NCBI GenBank assembly: GCA_029060305.1 | Contig: JAIDUG010000054.1 | Span: forward strand, 38,612 to 102,611 | Reading direction: 5' to 3' | Length of the DNA: 64,000 bases | From: Ruminococcus sp. | Lineage (GTDB): Bacteria; Bacillota; Clostridia; Oscillospirales; Ruminococcaceae | Shown here: positions 7,779 to 18,507 of the stretch, one piece after another | Layout of the letters: the number at the start of each line of letters is the position of its first letter | How positions within the stretch are numbered: position 1 is the first letter of the stretch | The notes under the pieces: model-generated | What the model was told of the DNA's origin: nothing | The model's database searches: none | What the model saw: only the letters and a program-made list of their open reading frames with translations | Program-made: the position numbers and the translations under genes

Positions 7779-10727
7779 ATGGAACATCCAAAACGAACTC
7801 CGCAAGCGGTATTTTTAACATTTATATTGCTTGCAACATGGCTGATACCGTTGTTTAGCCAAAGCGTTTCCCCGATTAACGCTAAGGCGATTTCCACAGA
7901 TTATCCGGTACAGCTTATGAACATTTCGGCAAAGGACAATAAAACTGTTCTTACTGAAAACGGTACGGCTGACGGTTCAGCAGTACCAATGCAGGCTCTC
8001 GGAAACAACCTTTCGGGAAGCTGGAGATTTGACAGGGTAAACCAAGACACAAACGGCACTTTCTTTAAAATCTGCAACGCTGAATCGGGACGTCTGCTTA
8101 CTCCGGCAAACTATTCTGTAAAGTCCGGTACAGGTGTAATTGTGTACGGAAGTGAATCACATCAGTCACAGCACTGGTACGTTGTGCCGGTAAAAAACGA
8201 CCACCTCGGAAACAATCTTTACTACAAAATCGTAAACTATTCTGATACTTCACTTGCACTTACACAGGGAAAATCAGGAGCTTCTCTCGAAAAGTATACA
8301 GGTGCTGACAATCAGTTATGGTTGCTGAATCCGGACGGTTTACAGGGATTTGCAGGTTACTGCGACAACGACAACACGGGAAACATCAAAGCCGGAAATA
8401 TCGGCGGACTTTTCGGTGAGACTGTTGAAGTATCTACTTTCAACGACCTCAAGAAATACGCTGAATCCGATACGCCTTACACAATCGTTGTAACAAAGAA
8501 TATCAGTGTTACAGAACTCAATATGAATGGTACACGATATATGTGTACTGCCGGAAGAATTTACGTCCGCAACAACAAGACTATCATAGGCAGTTACAAC
8601 GCTCATACTCTTTTTAATGTACAATTCTGTACATCTTCTTCAAAGGGAGTAGGAAACAACATTATTATCAAAAACTTTGAAATGCAACATGATGCTGAAT
8701 CCAATAACAACGACTCCATTGTATGTTACTTTGGTTCAGGAAAAAACATCTGGGTTGACCATGTGACATTCATAGGTCACGAAAACTATGGTTACGCTCC
8801 AAAGACAAAGGAAAAAGACGAGGACAAATTCCTTGCCTGCTGTTATGACGCAGATTACTGCACCGTTTCAGACTGTTCTTTCGGTAAACATAAGTATGGT
8901 TTGATTTTAGGTTATCCTGCTGACGATGCTGGCAATAAAGCTAAATACGGCGGTTATCCACGTATGTCACTTATTTCAAATAAGTTCGATGGTTGTGAAA
9001 CAAGAGGTCCCGGACTTATGAGATGGGGTTATTTCCACTCTCTCAACAACTATGTCAATAATTTCAGTATGGCATATACAGTTATGTCTGACGTTAATAT
9101 ATATGCTGAAAACTGTAATTACGAAAACGGCGGTAACGTTATATGTGACTGGGATAAGGCTACATATATCGGACATTATTCAGAATCCGGCTCTGTTTTT
9201 TCCGGTTGTAAAAGAACACAACAGGGTGGAGATTCCAACAGTACAGCAGACGCAAGCAAATGGAGACCGACAGGAAATTACAGTTACATAAAGCTGACAG
9301 CAAATGAAGCAAAAACTTACTGTTCAGCAAACAGCGGTTGTCAGACTTCAAACGGCGGTATGATGTATCTGCGTTTTGCAAAGAAAGGCGTTCCGAGTGC
9401 TGGATTCACGTCAACACCAAGCGGTGAAATGACTACAGCACCTACTACAAAACCGACAACAAAGCAGACCACAACTACTACAACGACTACAAAGCAGACT
9501 ACAACAACTACAACAACAACTGCTCCTGTAGTAGCAAACTTCAATGACGGCTCAGCATATCGCATAAAGAACGCTGATTCCGGTCTTTATATGCAGGTGG
9601 CAAATGCAAACGCTGAAAACGGTGCAAACGTTCAGCAGTGGGGAAGTGACGGAAAATCTGTTCACGATATGTGGAAGATGTTCAGTGCAGGAGACGGCTA
9701 TTATTATATTGCTTCATGTGTAGGCGACGGCGGTACTTATGTACTTGACGTTGCAGGTAAAAAAACTGATAATGGTACAAATATTGATATTTACAAGTAT
9801 AACGGCGGTACAAATCAGCAGTTTATGCTTACAAAGAATGATGACGGTAGTTATAAGATACGTACAAGAGTTTCCGGTGGAAAATCAGTTGTTGAAGTTG
9901 CAAACGCTGATAAAAATTCTGGTGCAAACATTCAGGAATGGGAAATCAACAACGCAAACTGTCAGAACTGGATTCTTGAGCCTGTAACCGATGCTGGTTG
10001 CGTAATGGATGAAAGTGTTGTATATACTTTTGAAAATGTAAATTCCGGTATGCTTATGGAAGTTACAAACGGTACAATGGCAGACAATACAAATGTACAG
10101 CAGTGGGGTGCAAACGGTTATGACTGTCAGAAGTGGATTCTGAAATCATTCGGTTCAGGTAACTATTACTGGATTCGTTCCGCACAGGACGAAAGTTACG
10201 CTCTTAAAGCTGACGGTTTTTCAAACGGCGGAAACATCTGTCTTACAACTTATTCCACAAAAGACAGCTCACAGCTTTTCAGATTCACGAAAAACCTTGA
10301 CGGTTCATACAGTATCATAACACACGCTTCAAAAGACAAGTGCCTTGTTGAAGTTGCAAGTGCTTCAAAGGAAAGCGGTGCAAACGTTCAGCAGTGGGAA
10401 ATTACAAACAGCAGTTGTCAGAAATGGAACATTTCGACAGAGAAAAAACCTGTTGCAACTACACAGTCCACTACAAAATCTACTACAACAAAAAACACCA
10501 CCACAACAACTACCACAACCATTACTACAAAACCGGTTGATAAAGAAGTTTCCGGCGACCTTAACGGTGACGGTAATCTCAATGTTACTGACTTGGTACT
10601 GCTTGAAAAATGGCTTCTCTCAGCAGACAGTACAGGTATTGTAAACTGGAAATCAGCTGATTTCAATTCCGATAACATACTTGATGTATTTGACCTTTGC
10701 ATGATGAGAAAAAATTTAGTCAGATAA
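7779..10727 (+). CDS. Cellulosomal pectate lyase: ricin-like domain + PL1 + Thr linker + tandem CBM13 + dockerin
   Basis: Start moved to ATG 7779 (AAGGAGG RBS). IWVDH motif, R-x-P-G-L-M-R region, QxW repeats, dockerin GDLNGDG...WKSADF...DVFDL. Confidence 0.85.
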   Translation: MEHPKRTPQAVFLTFILLATWLIPLFSQSVSPINAKAISTDYPVQLMNISAKDNKTVLTENGTADGSAVPMQALGNNLSGSWRFDRVNQDTNGTFFKICNAESGRLLTPANYSVKSGTGVIVYGSESHQSQHWYVVPVKNDHLGNNLYYKIVNYSDTSLALTQGKSGASLEKYTGADNQLWLLNPDGLQGFAGYCDNDNTGNIKAGNIGGLFGETVEVSTFNDLKKYAESDTPYTIVVTKNISVTELNMNGTRYMCTAGRIYVRNNKTIIGSYNAHTLFNVQFCTSSSKGVGNNIIIKNFEMQHDAESNNNDSIVCYFGSGKNIWVDHVTFIGHENYGYAPKTKEKDEDKFLACCYDADYCTVSDCSFGKHKYGLILGYPADDAGNKAKYGGYPRMSLISNKFDGCETRGPGLMRWGYFHSLNNYVNNFSMAYTVMSDVNIYAENCNYENGGNVICDWDKATYIGHYSESGSVFSGCKRTQQGGDSNSTADASKWRPTGNYSYIKLTANEAKTYCSANSGCQTSNGGMMYLRFAKKGVPSAGFTSTPSGEMTTAPTTKPTTKQTTTTTTTTKQTTTTTTTTAPVVANFNDGSAYRIKNADSGLYMQVANANAENGANVQQWGSDGKSVHDMWKMFSAGDGYYYIASCVGDGGTYVLDVAGKKTDNGTNIDIYKYNGGTNQQFMLTKNDDGSYKIRTRVSGGKSVVEVANADKNSGANIQEWEINNANCQNWILEPVTDAGCVMDESVVYTFENVNSGMLMEVTNGTMADNTNVQQWGANGYDCQKWILKSFGSGNYYWIRSAQDESYALKADGFSNGGNICLTTYSTKDSSQLFRFTKNLDGSYSIITHASKDKCLVEVASASKESGANVQQWEITNSSCQKWNISTEKKPVATTQSTTKSTTTKNTTTTTTTTITTKPVDKEVSGDLNGDGNLNVTDLVLLEKWLLSADSTGIVNWKSADFNSDNILDVFDLCMMRKNLVR
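9439..9522 (+). repeat. Low-complexity ACN-codon tract (Thr-rich linker)
   Basis: Encodes TTKPTTKQTTTTTTTTKQTTTTTTTT; similar tracts at ~10450-10530 and ~14135-14210. Confidence 0.8.
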
Positions 10728-10742
10728 TAATTTCTGAATTAC

Positions 10743-10790
10743 AAAGACCTCAGATTACGGAAGATTATTCTGTAACTGGGGTCTTTATAT
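10743..10790 (+). terminator. Hairpin/terminator after the PL1 gene
   Basis: AAAGACCTCAG...CTGGGGTCTTT stem with a weak T-tract. Confidence 0.55.
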
Positions 10791-10864
10791 ATCTTCAATA
10801 CGATATTGAAATTTTTTCTGATACGTGTTATAATATTTTTAATTATATGAGAGGGTATGTTTAT

Positions 10865-11596
10865 ATGAATAAAAATACAGAAAAAACTATTGCTAAAAAT
10901 TTTTTTGAAAAAAATGAAGAAGATTTCATACATACGTCATTTGACAGGGAAATAGCTTTTTATGAAAGTATATGTTCCGGAAATATGGAGCTTGTGCGTG
11001 TATTTATGAAACCCCTTTTCTGTGAGGGGTGCGGAATACTCAGTGAGGACTATCTGCAAAATCTTAAATATCATGTAGTTGTACTTGCAACAATGATAGC
11101 ACGTTACTGTATCAAAGGTGGAATGTCTCCTGAAGAATCATACAGTATGAGTGACTTCTTTATAATGAAAACCGATAAATGCCGTACTGAAAATGATATT
11201 CGCAAGGTTCACATAGAAATGATAGAGACTTACACGAATAAAATGCGTTATATAAAATTTAACGGAATATTTTCAAAACAAGTGGTAAAGGCTATTGAAT
11301 ACATAATATGCAATATACATAGCCGTGTTACACTGAATGATACCGCTGAACATTTAAAAATAAGTCCTGCACATCTTTCAAGGATTTTCCGAAAGGAAAC
11401 GGGAGAGAGTTTCAGCGGATACGTAAACCGTATCAGAATTGAAGAAGCGTCGTCGCTTCTGCTTTACACTGAACGCACTGACATTGAAATAAGTAATATG
11501 CTCGGTTACAGTTCACAGAGTTATTTTATAAAGGTTTTCCGGAAGTATATGGGTTGTACTCCGAAAAAATACAAAAAACAGTATCACATATTTTAA
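10865..11596 (+). CDS. AraC-family transcriptional regulator
   Basis: C-terminal double HTH (ISPAHLSRIFRKETG...LGYSSQSYFIKVFRKYMGCTP). Start moved from 10697 to ATG 10865 (GAGGG RBS; removes the overlap with PL1). Confidence 0.9.
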   Translation: MNKNTEKTIAKNFFEKNEEDFIHTSFDREIAFYESICSGNMELVRVFMKPLFCEGCGILSEDYLQNLKYHVVVLATMIARYCIKGGMSPEESYSMSDFFIMKTDKCRTENDIRKVHIEMIETYTNKMRYIKFNGIFSKQVVKAIEYIICNIHSRVTLNDTAEHLKISPAHLSRIFRKETGESFSGYVNRIRIEEASSLLLYTERTDIEISNMLGYSSQSYFIKVFRKYMGCTPKKYKKQYHIF

Positions 11597-11708
11597 TATC
11601 AAAATTTTACTATTTTTATCATTAAAGTTATATATTTCTGTGAGGAAATCTATTATAATAGTCTCATATTAAAACGGACTTATTTCAATATGGAGAGGAG
11701 TTTATAAC

Positions 11709-14700
11709 TTGAAAAAGAATATTTTTAAACGCTGTACAGCAGTATTTGCAATGTGCAGTATAATGGCTTCTGCTATGCCTTTAATGTCATTGCCGGTTTC
11801 GGCTGAACAGAATATCATAAGTAACTCAACTTTTGACAGCGGTGTTTCCGGCTGGAGTACATATAAGGAAAGCGGTGGTAGCTGTTCACTCGGTACAGAG
11901 AATGGAAAACTTGCCCTTAAAATAAGCAGTACCGGCAAACTCAACTATTCTGTTCAGGTATGCTATGACATCATACCGCTTTATCAGAACGGTGTATATC
12001 GCCTTAAATATGATATTTCGTCAAGTGTGGACAGATATGTTGAGGGTATGATACAGCAGAACGGCGGTACTTATCAGGCTTATACTTGGAAAGGTCTTTC
12101 GCTTACTTCCGAACCTCAGACTGTAGACTATGAGTTTACAATGGAAGAAGAAACCGACATAATGGCTAAAATGGTTTTCAATTGCGGTGTACCTGCTGAG
12201 GGCGAAACCGAACTTCCTGAACATACAATATATCTTGATAATGTTTCACTTGAACTTATTGACGACAGCAAGGTTGACTACAGTGCCACACGTCCTTATG
12301 AACCGCATATTATGACCAATCAGGTAGGCTATAAACCCGAAAACCGTAAAATTGCGGTAATCAGAAAAGCAGATGAGGTAAATACAAATGAATTTTCAGT
12401 TGTCAATGCTGATACAAATGAAGTTGTTTACACTGGTGTTGTTTCCGAATCAATGTATAATTCTCTGACTGATGAAACAAACTACAAGGCAGATTTTTCG
12501 GCAGTTACAACTCCCGGCAGATATTACATATCATATGGCGGACTTGATGATTCATATACTTTTGAAATTTCAGATGATGTTTATACAAATCTTCTTGACG
12601 ACAGCGTAAGAATGTTATATCTTCAGAGATGTGGTGTTGCTATTGAAGACGAAACTTTCAGTCACGAAGCCTGCCATAATACTTTGGCAACAGTTTACGG
12701 TACAGACAAGAAAATTGACGTTTCAGGCGGTTGGCACGATGCCGGAGATTACGGACGTTATATAGTACCGGCTGCAAAAGCTGTTGCAGATTTGCTTTAC
12801 GCTTACGGTGAAAATCCGTCTCTTTACAGCGACAGCATAGGTATTCCCGAAAGCGGAAACGGTGTTCCCGACGTTCTTGACGAGGTACGTTTTGAACTTG
12901 AGTGGATGATGAAAATGCAAAATGAAAACGGCGGAGTACATCATAAAGTATCGTGTGAGAGTTTCCCGGGTTACGTTATGCCGGAAAAGGAAACAGAACC
13001 GCTTATTGTAACGGAAATTTCAACAACGGCTACTGCTGATTTCTGTGCTTCAATGGCTCTTGCTTACGAATACTATAAAGATGTTGACAGTGATTTTGCA
13101 AACAAGTGCCTTGAATGTGCTGAAAAAGCGTGGGCTTTCTTAAAGGAACACCCTGAATTTATTTTCAAGAATCCTGAAGATATTGTTACAGGTGACTATG
13201 GCGATAAATATGACAATGATGAACGTTATTGGGCAGCGGCACAGATGTACCGTGCAACTGGTGACAGCAAATATATTGAAAATATTTCAGATACAACCGG
13301 TCTTGACTGGTCAACAGTAGGCGACTATGGAAATATTGCAATAGTTACAATGAAAGACATTGACAAAAATTCCGACCTCTACAAAAAAGCAGAAAAGAAT
13401 ATTATTACTCAGGCTGATAAATTTGTTTCAGTTTCAGGCAATACAGCCTATGGTGTAGCACTTAGTAAGTTTGCGTGGGGCAGTAATATGACTGTCGCAA
13501 ACTCCGGAATCATACTCGGACTTGCACACAAACTCACTGGCGAAGAAAAATATATTGAAGGTTCTCAGAAACAACTTGACTATCTTCTCGGTGTAAATCC
13601 CGTCGGAGAATGTTTTGTAACCGGTTATGGTACTGTTTCACCTGAAAATCCTCATCACCGTCCGTCAATGGCAAAAGATACTGCTATGAAAGGTATGTTA
13701 GTAGGCGGTGTAAACTCAGCACTTGAGGACAGTGCGGCAAAAGCATATTGTCAGGGACTTCCTGCCGGTAAATGTTATGTTGATAACTCCGAAAGCTATT
13801 CAACAAACGAAATAACTATTTACTGGAATTCTCCTTTGACTTATCTTCTCTCACTTACTAATGAAAATAATACTTCAGCAGATGATGATATTCTCTGGGG
13901 TGATGCTAACTGTGACGGTAAAGTAAATATATCTGATGCTGTATTGATTATGCAGTCAATCTCAAATCCAAGCGAATACCATTTATCTGAAAAAGGAATT
14001 ATAAATGCTGACGTTTTTAATCACGGTGACAGCATAACCAATGCAGACGCACTTTCAATTCAGAAAGTAGAGGCAAAACTTCTTAAACAGTCTGATTTGC
14101 CGGAATCATATATGGACGAAAAGCCACCTGTTGCAACAACAACTACTGCAAATTTAACGCCTACTACTACAACTACTACCACTAATGCAGATAATACAAC
14201 TACAACTACCGTTGCAGGAATAAAGGATTCGGGAACTCCTATGAACGATAAAGCAACAGTGGTTGCAGATTTCAGAAAGGGTGAAACTTCCTACTTCTTT
14301 GCTTCTGACGGCTGGACTAACGGAAGTTGCTTTGACTGTGGCTGGTACAAACAGAATACATCTTTTGACGGCGGTGTTCTGAACCTCACAATTGATAAAG
14401 ACCATTCAGGAAAATACAATTACTCCGGTGCTGAATACAGAACAACTGACTTTTATCATTACGGCTACTATGAAACTTCAATGCAGGCTATAAAAAATGA
14501 CGGTGTTGTATCATCATTCTTCACATATACCGGAGAATCCGACAACAACCCTTGGGACGAAATTGATATTGAAATCCTCGGAAAAGATACAACTAAAGTA
14601 CAGTTCAACTACTATACTAACGGCGTAGGAAATCACGAATATATGTACAATTTGGGATTTGACGCTTCCGAAAGTTTCCACACATACGGATTTGACTGGC

Positions 14701-14888
14701 AACCCGACCACATCGCTTGGTACGTTGACGGAAAAGAAGTCTACAGGGCAACAAATGATATACCTTCAACTGCCGGAAAAATTATGATGAATGCTTGGAA
14801 CGGAATAGGCGTTGACGACTGGCTTAAACCTTATGACGGAAAAACACCTCTTACAGCACGTTATCAGTGGGTAACATACAACAAGTAA
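11709..14888 (+). CDS. Bifunctional cellulosomal enzyme: CBM4 + Ig-like + GH9 + internal dockerin + Thr linker + GH16 licheninase
   Basis: TTG start with GGAGAGGAG RBS; [14 protein letters not shown] and Y.TNE...YWN GH9 motifs; GDANCDG...LIMQSISNP dockerin; EIDIE GH16 catalytic motif. Confidence 0.9.
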   Translation: MKKNIFKRCTAVFAMCSIMASAMPLMSLPVSAEQNIISNSTFDSGVSGWSTYKESGGSCSLGTENGKLALKISSTGKLNYSVQVCYDIIPLYQNGVYRLKYDISSSVDRYVEGMIQQNGGTYQAYTWKGLSLTSEPQTVDYEFTMEEETDIMAKMVFNCGVPAEGETELPEHTIYLDNVSLELIDDSKVDYSATRPYEPHIMTNQVGYKPENRKIAVIRKADEVNTNEFSVVNADTNEVVYTGVVSESMYNSLTDETNYKADFSAVTTPGRYYISYGGLDDSYTFEISDDVYTNLLDDSVRMLYLQRCGVAIEDETFSHEACHNTLATVYGTDKKIDVSGGWHDAGDYGRYIVPAAKAVADLLYAYGENPSLYSDSIGIPESGNGVPDVLDEVRFELEWMMKMQNENGGVHHKVSCESFPGYVMPEKETEPLIVTEISTTATADFCASMALAYEYYKDVDSDFANKCLECAEKAWAFLKEHPEFIFKNPEDIVTGDYGDKYDNDERYWAAAQMYRATGDSKYIENISDTTGLDWSTVGDYGNIAIVTMKDIDKNSDLYKKAEKNIITQADKFVSVSGNTAYGVALSKFAWGSNMTVANSGIILGLAHKLTGEEKYIEGSQKQLDYLLGVNPVGECFVTGYGTVSPENPHHRPSMAKDTAMKGMLVGGVNSALEDSAAKAYCQGLPAGKCYVDNSESYSTNEITIYWNSPLTYLLSLTNENNTSADDDILWGDANCDGKVNISDAVLIMQSISNPSEYHLSEKGIINADVFNHGDSITNADALSIQKVEAKLLKQSDLPESYMDEKPPVATTTTANLTPTTTTTTTNADNTTTTTVAGIKDSGTPMNDKATVVADFRKGETSYFFASDGWTNGSCFDCGWYKQNTSFDGGVLNLTIDKDHSGKYNYSGAEYRTTDFYHYGYYETSMQAIKNDGVVSSFFTYTGESDNNPWDEIDIEILGKDTTKVQFNYYTNGVGNHEYMYNLGFDASESFHTYGFDWQPDHIAWYVDGKEVYRATNDIPSTAGKIMMNAWNGIGVDDWLKPYDGKTPLTARYQWVTYNK

Positions 14889-14908
14889 TTTTCTTCCTCT
14901 AATATAAT

Positions 14909-14947
14909 AAAAACAGGTCATCCTTGAAAAAAGGGTGATTTGTTTTT
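14909..14947 (+). terminator. Intrinsic terminator
   Basis: AAAAACAGGTCATCCTT-gaaaa-AAGGGTGATTTGTTTTT. Confidence 0.7.
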
Positions 14948-15101
14948 ATGTGCAGAAAATGACAGTAAATATTTTTACAGTCAGTTTGAAAATACTATTG
15001 TTTTTTTGGTTAAATTATGATATGATATTTATATTACAGAGTACCGGAAGATTCAGCGATTTTCCGGACTAAGTATTAAATATCGTTAAATGGAGGCTAT
15101 T

Positions 15102-17564
15102 ATGAAATTAAAAAAACGTCTGCTTGCTGTTATGTGTGCAACAGCAACAATTTGTCCGGTTATGGCAAATATTCCGGTGACACATTCAGCGGAAGAACTT
15201 GCTGAATCAATTGCAAATGATTCCGGACTTGATTATGACTTTGCCCGTGCATTGCAGTATTCAATATATTTTTATGATGCTAATATGTGTGGTACAGAAG
15301 TAGAAGAAAACAACCTTTATTCGTGGCGTGGAAACTGTCATACTTATGATTCGCAAGTACCTTTGAAACCTATGCAGGACAGTAAAAGTGCAGGTACAAA
15401 TCTTTCACAGGAATTTATTGACAAGTACAAGGATATTCTTGACCCCGACGGAGACGGTTTTGTTGACGTTGCAGGAGGTTTCCACGATGCAGGAGACCAC
15501 GTTAAATTCGGTATGCCGGAAAATTATGCCTCCGCAACAGTCGGCTGGGGATATTATGAATTTCGTGATTCGTATGTGAAAACCGGTCAGCAGGAACACG
15601 TTGAGACAATACTCAGGTACTTCAATGACTATCTTATGAAATGTACTTTTCTTGATAAGGACGGAAACGTTATAGCACACTGTTATCAGGTAGGCGACGG
15701 CGATATAGACCACGCTTACTGGAACTCTCCTGAAGTCGACAGTATGGTAAGACCGGCTTTTTTCCTTACAGCCGATAAACCACAAACGGATTATGTTGCA
15801 TCTGCTGCCGCTTCTCTTGCTATAAATTACCTGAATTTCAAGGATACCGACCCCGAATATGCTAAAAAATCCCTTGACTATGCAAAGGCACTTTTTGATT
15901 TTGCCATGAAAAATCCGAAAGAACTCAGTGACAATGAAGACGGTCCGAAAAGTTACTATCGTTCAAGTAAATGGGAAGATGATTACTGCTGGGCTGCTGC
16001 ATGGCTTTACAAGATAACAGGTGAACATAAGTACCTTGAAGAAATCTATCCTAACTATGATTATTACGCTGCACCGTGTTACGTTCACTGCTGGAATGAT
16101 GTATGGGGCGGTGTACAGTGTATTCTCGGTGAAATCTCTATGGAAAAACCTCTCAGAGACGGCGAATATGTATATCCGGATTTCATAGACGAATTTAAGG
16201 AAAGTGCAGGAAAAAGTCCGTATGAGGAAATGAACTGCTGGGATTCAGTGGCAAAGGCTATTGAAACATATATGTCCGGAGGAGTGGGAACAGTTACACC
16301 GGCAGGTTACTGGTGGCTTGATACGTGGGGGTCGGCAAGATACAACACTGCCGCACAGCTTGTTGCACTTGTTCACGACAAGTACACAAACGGCGGAAAA
16401 GCTGGAAAATACAGTGAATGGGCTAAAAGTCAGATGGAGTACATTATGGGTAACAATCCGCTGAAACGTTCATATATTGTTGGCTATAATGAAAATTCAG
16501 TAAAATATCCACATCATCGTGCCTGCTCAGGTCTTACTAAGTGCGAAGACCCCGACGAACACAGATACGTACTTTACGGAGCATTAGCTGGAGGTCCTGA
16601 TAATGCTGACAATCACAATGATACAACTGCTGATTGGATTTATAATGAAGTAACTATTGATTATAACGCTGCTTTTGTGGGAGCGTGTGCCGGTCTTTAC
16701 GAATTTTTCGGTACTGACGATATGAAACCTACTAAAGATTTTCCGCCTGCTCCGAAGTTCAGCGGAGGAAGTACCGGCGGTAATAATTACTGGGTTAATG
16801 CCTGCGGTATCGACGACCTTAAAGCTGACGGTTGCGGAGTTACTAAAGTTTCGCTTATGGTAATGACGGATTCCACAAAAGTAAACAATGATATTTCTGT
16901 ACGTTACTATTTCAACAGTTCTGAAATTTCGGATATTAACACAGTACAGGCAAGCAAGTTATATGACCAGTCAGAAATAGAAGCAGGTGCGACAAGTACA
17001 ATCAGCGGTCCTTATAAGTACGAAAAAACTCCCGATACTTATTATGTTGAGATAAAGTGGGACGATTACAATATAGCCAATTCCGGAAAAAAATATCAGT
17101 TTTCTGTAGGAATGCACTATGGCGACAAATGGAATCCTGATAACGACTGGAGTTATGACGGGCTGAAAATTTATGAAAATGACAGTGCATTTTTTGAAAC
17201 TGGTAACGAAGTGAAAGTTGATAATATATGTGTTTATTCGGACGGTGTACACGTCGGCGGTATTGAACCTGACGGAAGTTCACCGGCGATTGAAGAAGAT
17301 ACTTCAGATACATCTTCCGGAAAAGATGATATTCTTTATGGTGATGCAAACTGTGACAATAAGGTAAATATTTCTGATGCTGTACTGATAATGCAGTCAA
17401 TTTCCAATCCGAGTGAGTATAAAATTACTGAACAGGGTAGAAAAAATGCTGACGTTGTAGGAAAAGGTGACGGCATTACAAATAAAGACGCTCTTACAAT
17501 TCAGATGATTGAAGCTAAACTCATAAACCAAAAGGATTTGCCGATTGAAAATCTGAGCATCTGA
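15102..17564 (+). CDS. Cellulosomal GH9 endoglucanase + CBM3c + dockerin
   Basis: Start ATG 15102 (GGAGG RBS); GGFHDAGDHVKF, PHHRA and YNEVTIDYNA motifs; CBM3-like segment; dockerin GDANCDN...LIMQSISNP. Confidence 0.9.
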   Translation: MKLKKRLLAVMCATATICPVMANIPVTHSAEELAESIANDSGLDYDFARALQYSIYFYDANMCGTEVEENNLYSWRGNCHTYDSQVPLKPMQDSKSAGTNLSQEFIDKYKDILDPDGDGFVDVAGGFHDAGDHVKFGMPENYASATVGWGYYEFRDSYVKTGQQEHVETILRYFNDYLMKCTFLDKDGNVIAHCYQVGDGDIDHAYWNSPEVDSMVRPAFFLTADKPQTDYVASAAASLAINYLNFKDTDPEYAKKSLDYAKALFDFAMKNPKELSDNEDGPKSYYRSSKWEDDYCWAAAWLYKITGEHKYLEEIYPNYDYYAAPCYVHCWNDVWGGVQCILGEISMEKPLRDGEYVYPDFIDEFKESAGKSPYEEMNCWDSVAKAIETYMSGGVGTVTPAGYWWLDTWGSARYNTAAQLVALVHDKYTNGGKAGKYSEWAKSQMEYIMGNNPLKRSYIVGYNENSVKYPHHRACSGLTKCEDPDEHRYVLYGALAGGPDNADNHNDTTADWIYNEVTIDYNAAFVGACAGLYEFFGTDDMKPTKDFPPAPKFSGGSTGGNNYWVNACGIDDLKADGCGVTKVSLMVMTDSTKVNNDISVRYYFNSSEISDINTVQASKLYDQSEIEAGATSTISGPYKYEKTPDTYYVEIKWDDYNIANSGKKYQFSVGMHYGDKWNPDNDWSYDGLKIYENDSAFFETGNEVKVDNICVYSDGVHVGGIEPDGSSPAIEEDTSDTSSGKDDILYGDANCDNKVNISDAVLIMQSISNPSEYKITEQGRKNADVVGKGDGITNKDALTIQMIEAKLINQKDLPIENLSI

Positions 17565-17573
17565 CAAAAAATA

Positions 17574-17611
17574 TAACCGGTTCTTTTAAAGAGCCGGTTA
17601 TTTATATTTTT
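17574..17611 (+). terminator. Intrinsic terminator
   Basis: TAACCGGTTC-ttttaaa-GAGCCGGTTA plus T-rich tail. Confidence 0.75.
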
Positions 17612-17685
17612 ATACATTTTAGCATATAATTACTGAAAAGTCAATAAATTAAATGATTTTTTCAGTAAAAAAGTTCATTTTAGTA

Positions 17686-17722
17686 TGGACAAGCTAACAA
17701 TAAAATGTTATAATTATATCAT
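17686..17722 (+). promoter_or_regulatory. Sigma-A promoter of the kinase-hydrogenase operon, overlapped by a Rex-like palindrome
   Basis: TGGACA-17-TATAAT (17686-17714); 18-mer ATGTTAT-AATT-ATATCAT (17705-17722) fits the TGTTA-n6-T(A/T)xCA Rex geometry. Confidence 0.55.
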
Positions 17723-17747
17723 TATAAAATATGAATGGAGTGAAACC

Positions 17748-18497
17748 ATGAATAAAATCATTGCGGAAAGAAGTACCAAAACTATTTACAGTGACGGTTA
17801 TAGATGTATGAAAGTTTTCAATGAGGAGTATTCAAGTTCAAATGTACTGAATGAGGCGTTCAATCAGGCTATGGCTCAGAATGAGGGGCTGAGTGTTCCG
17901 AAAATAATGGAAGTTTCTGAAAAGGACGGCAAATGGACAATAGTGTCAGAATATATAAACGGAAAGTCCCTTGCACAGCTTATGGAAGAAAATCCCGAAA
18001 ATCTGGACAGTTATCTTGAATTGTTTGTAGATTTACAGCTTGACGTACATTCAAAGAGATGTCCCACACTGAAAAGGCTCAGCGACAAACTTCACCACCG
18101 TATCGAACAGACTGAACTTTCAGCAACAGACCGTTTTGCACTGCACACACGTCTTGAATCTTTTCCAAACAACAACAAACTTTGTCACAGTGATTTTCAC
18201 CCGTCAAATATCATCATTTCAGAGGACGGAAAACCATATATTATTGACTGGTCGCACGCTGTACAGGGTAACGCTTCAGCAGAAACTTCAATCACGTACC
18301 TTATGTTTATGCTGAACGGTAAACTTGATGTTGCGGAAAAATATTTGGAAATCTTTTGCAAGAAAAGCGGTACATCTGTTGATTACGTGAAAAGGTGGAT
18401 ACCGATTACTGCAACGGCTATGTCTGTAAACAGGTATCCGGAAAGACGTGATTTTCTTATGAAATGCGTTGAAGAAGGATTTGCTGAAAAAGTGTGA
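17748..18497 (+). CDS. APH/choline-kinase-fold phosphotransferase
   Basis: CHSDFHPSNII and IIDWS kinase motifs; start moved to ATG 17748 (GGAG RBS). Confidence 0.85.
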   Translation: MNKIIAERSTKTIYSDGYRCMKVFNEEYSSSNVLNEAFNQAMAQNEGLSVPKIMEVSEKDGKWTIVSEYINGKSLAQLMEENPENLDSYLELFVDLQLDVHSKRCPTLKRLSDKLHHRIEQTELSATDRFALHTRLESFPNNNKLCHSDFHPSNIIISEDGKPYIIDWSHAVQGNASAETSITYLMFMLNGKLDVAEKYLEIFCKKSGTSVDYVKRWIPITATAMSVNRYPERRDFLMKCVEEGFAEKV

Positions 18498-18507
18498 GGT
18501 GAATGAG

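Noticed and set aside
10697-10864. N-terminal extension of the AraC ORF
   Set aside because: Overlaps the PL1 stop and terminator; a better RBS and start lie at 10865.
9439-14210. ACA/ACT/ACC-rich repeats as a possible CRISPR or VNTR
   Set aside because: They are in-frame Thr-rich linkers of cellulosomal enzymes; no constant repeat with unique spacers, and no cas genes.
17748-18497. Aminoglycoside resistance gene
   Set aside because: Only the APH fold is shared; its chromosomal operon context with a hydrogenase and the lack of mobile elements argue against a resistance role.
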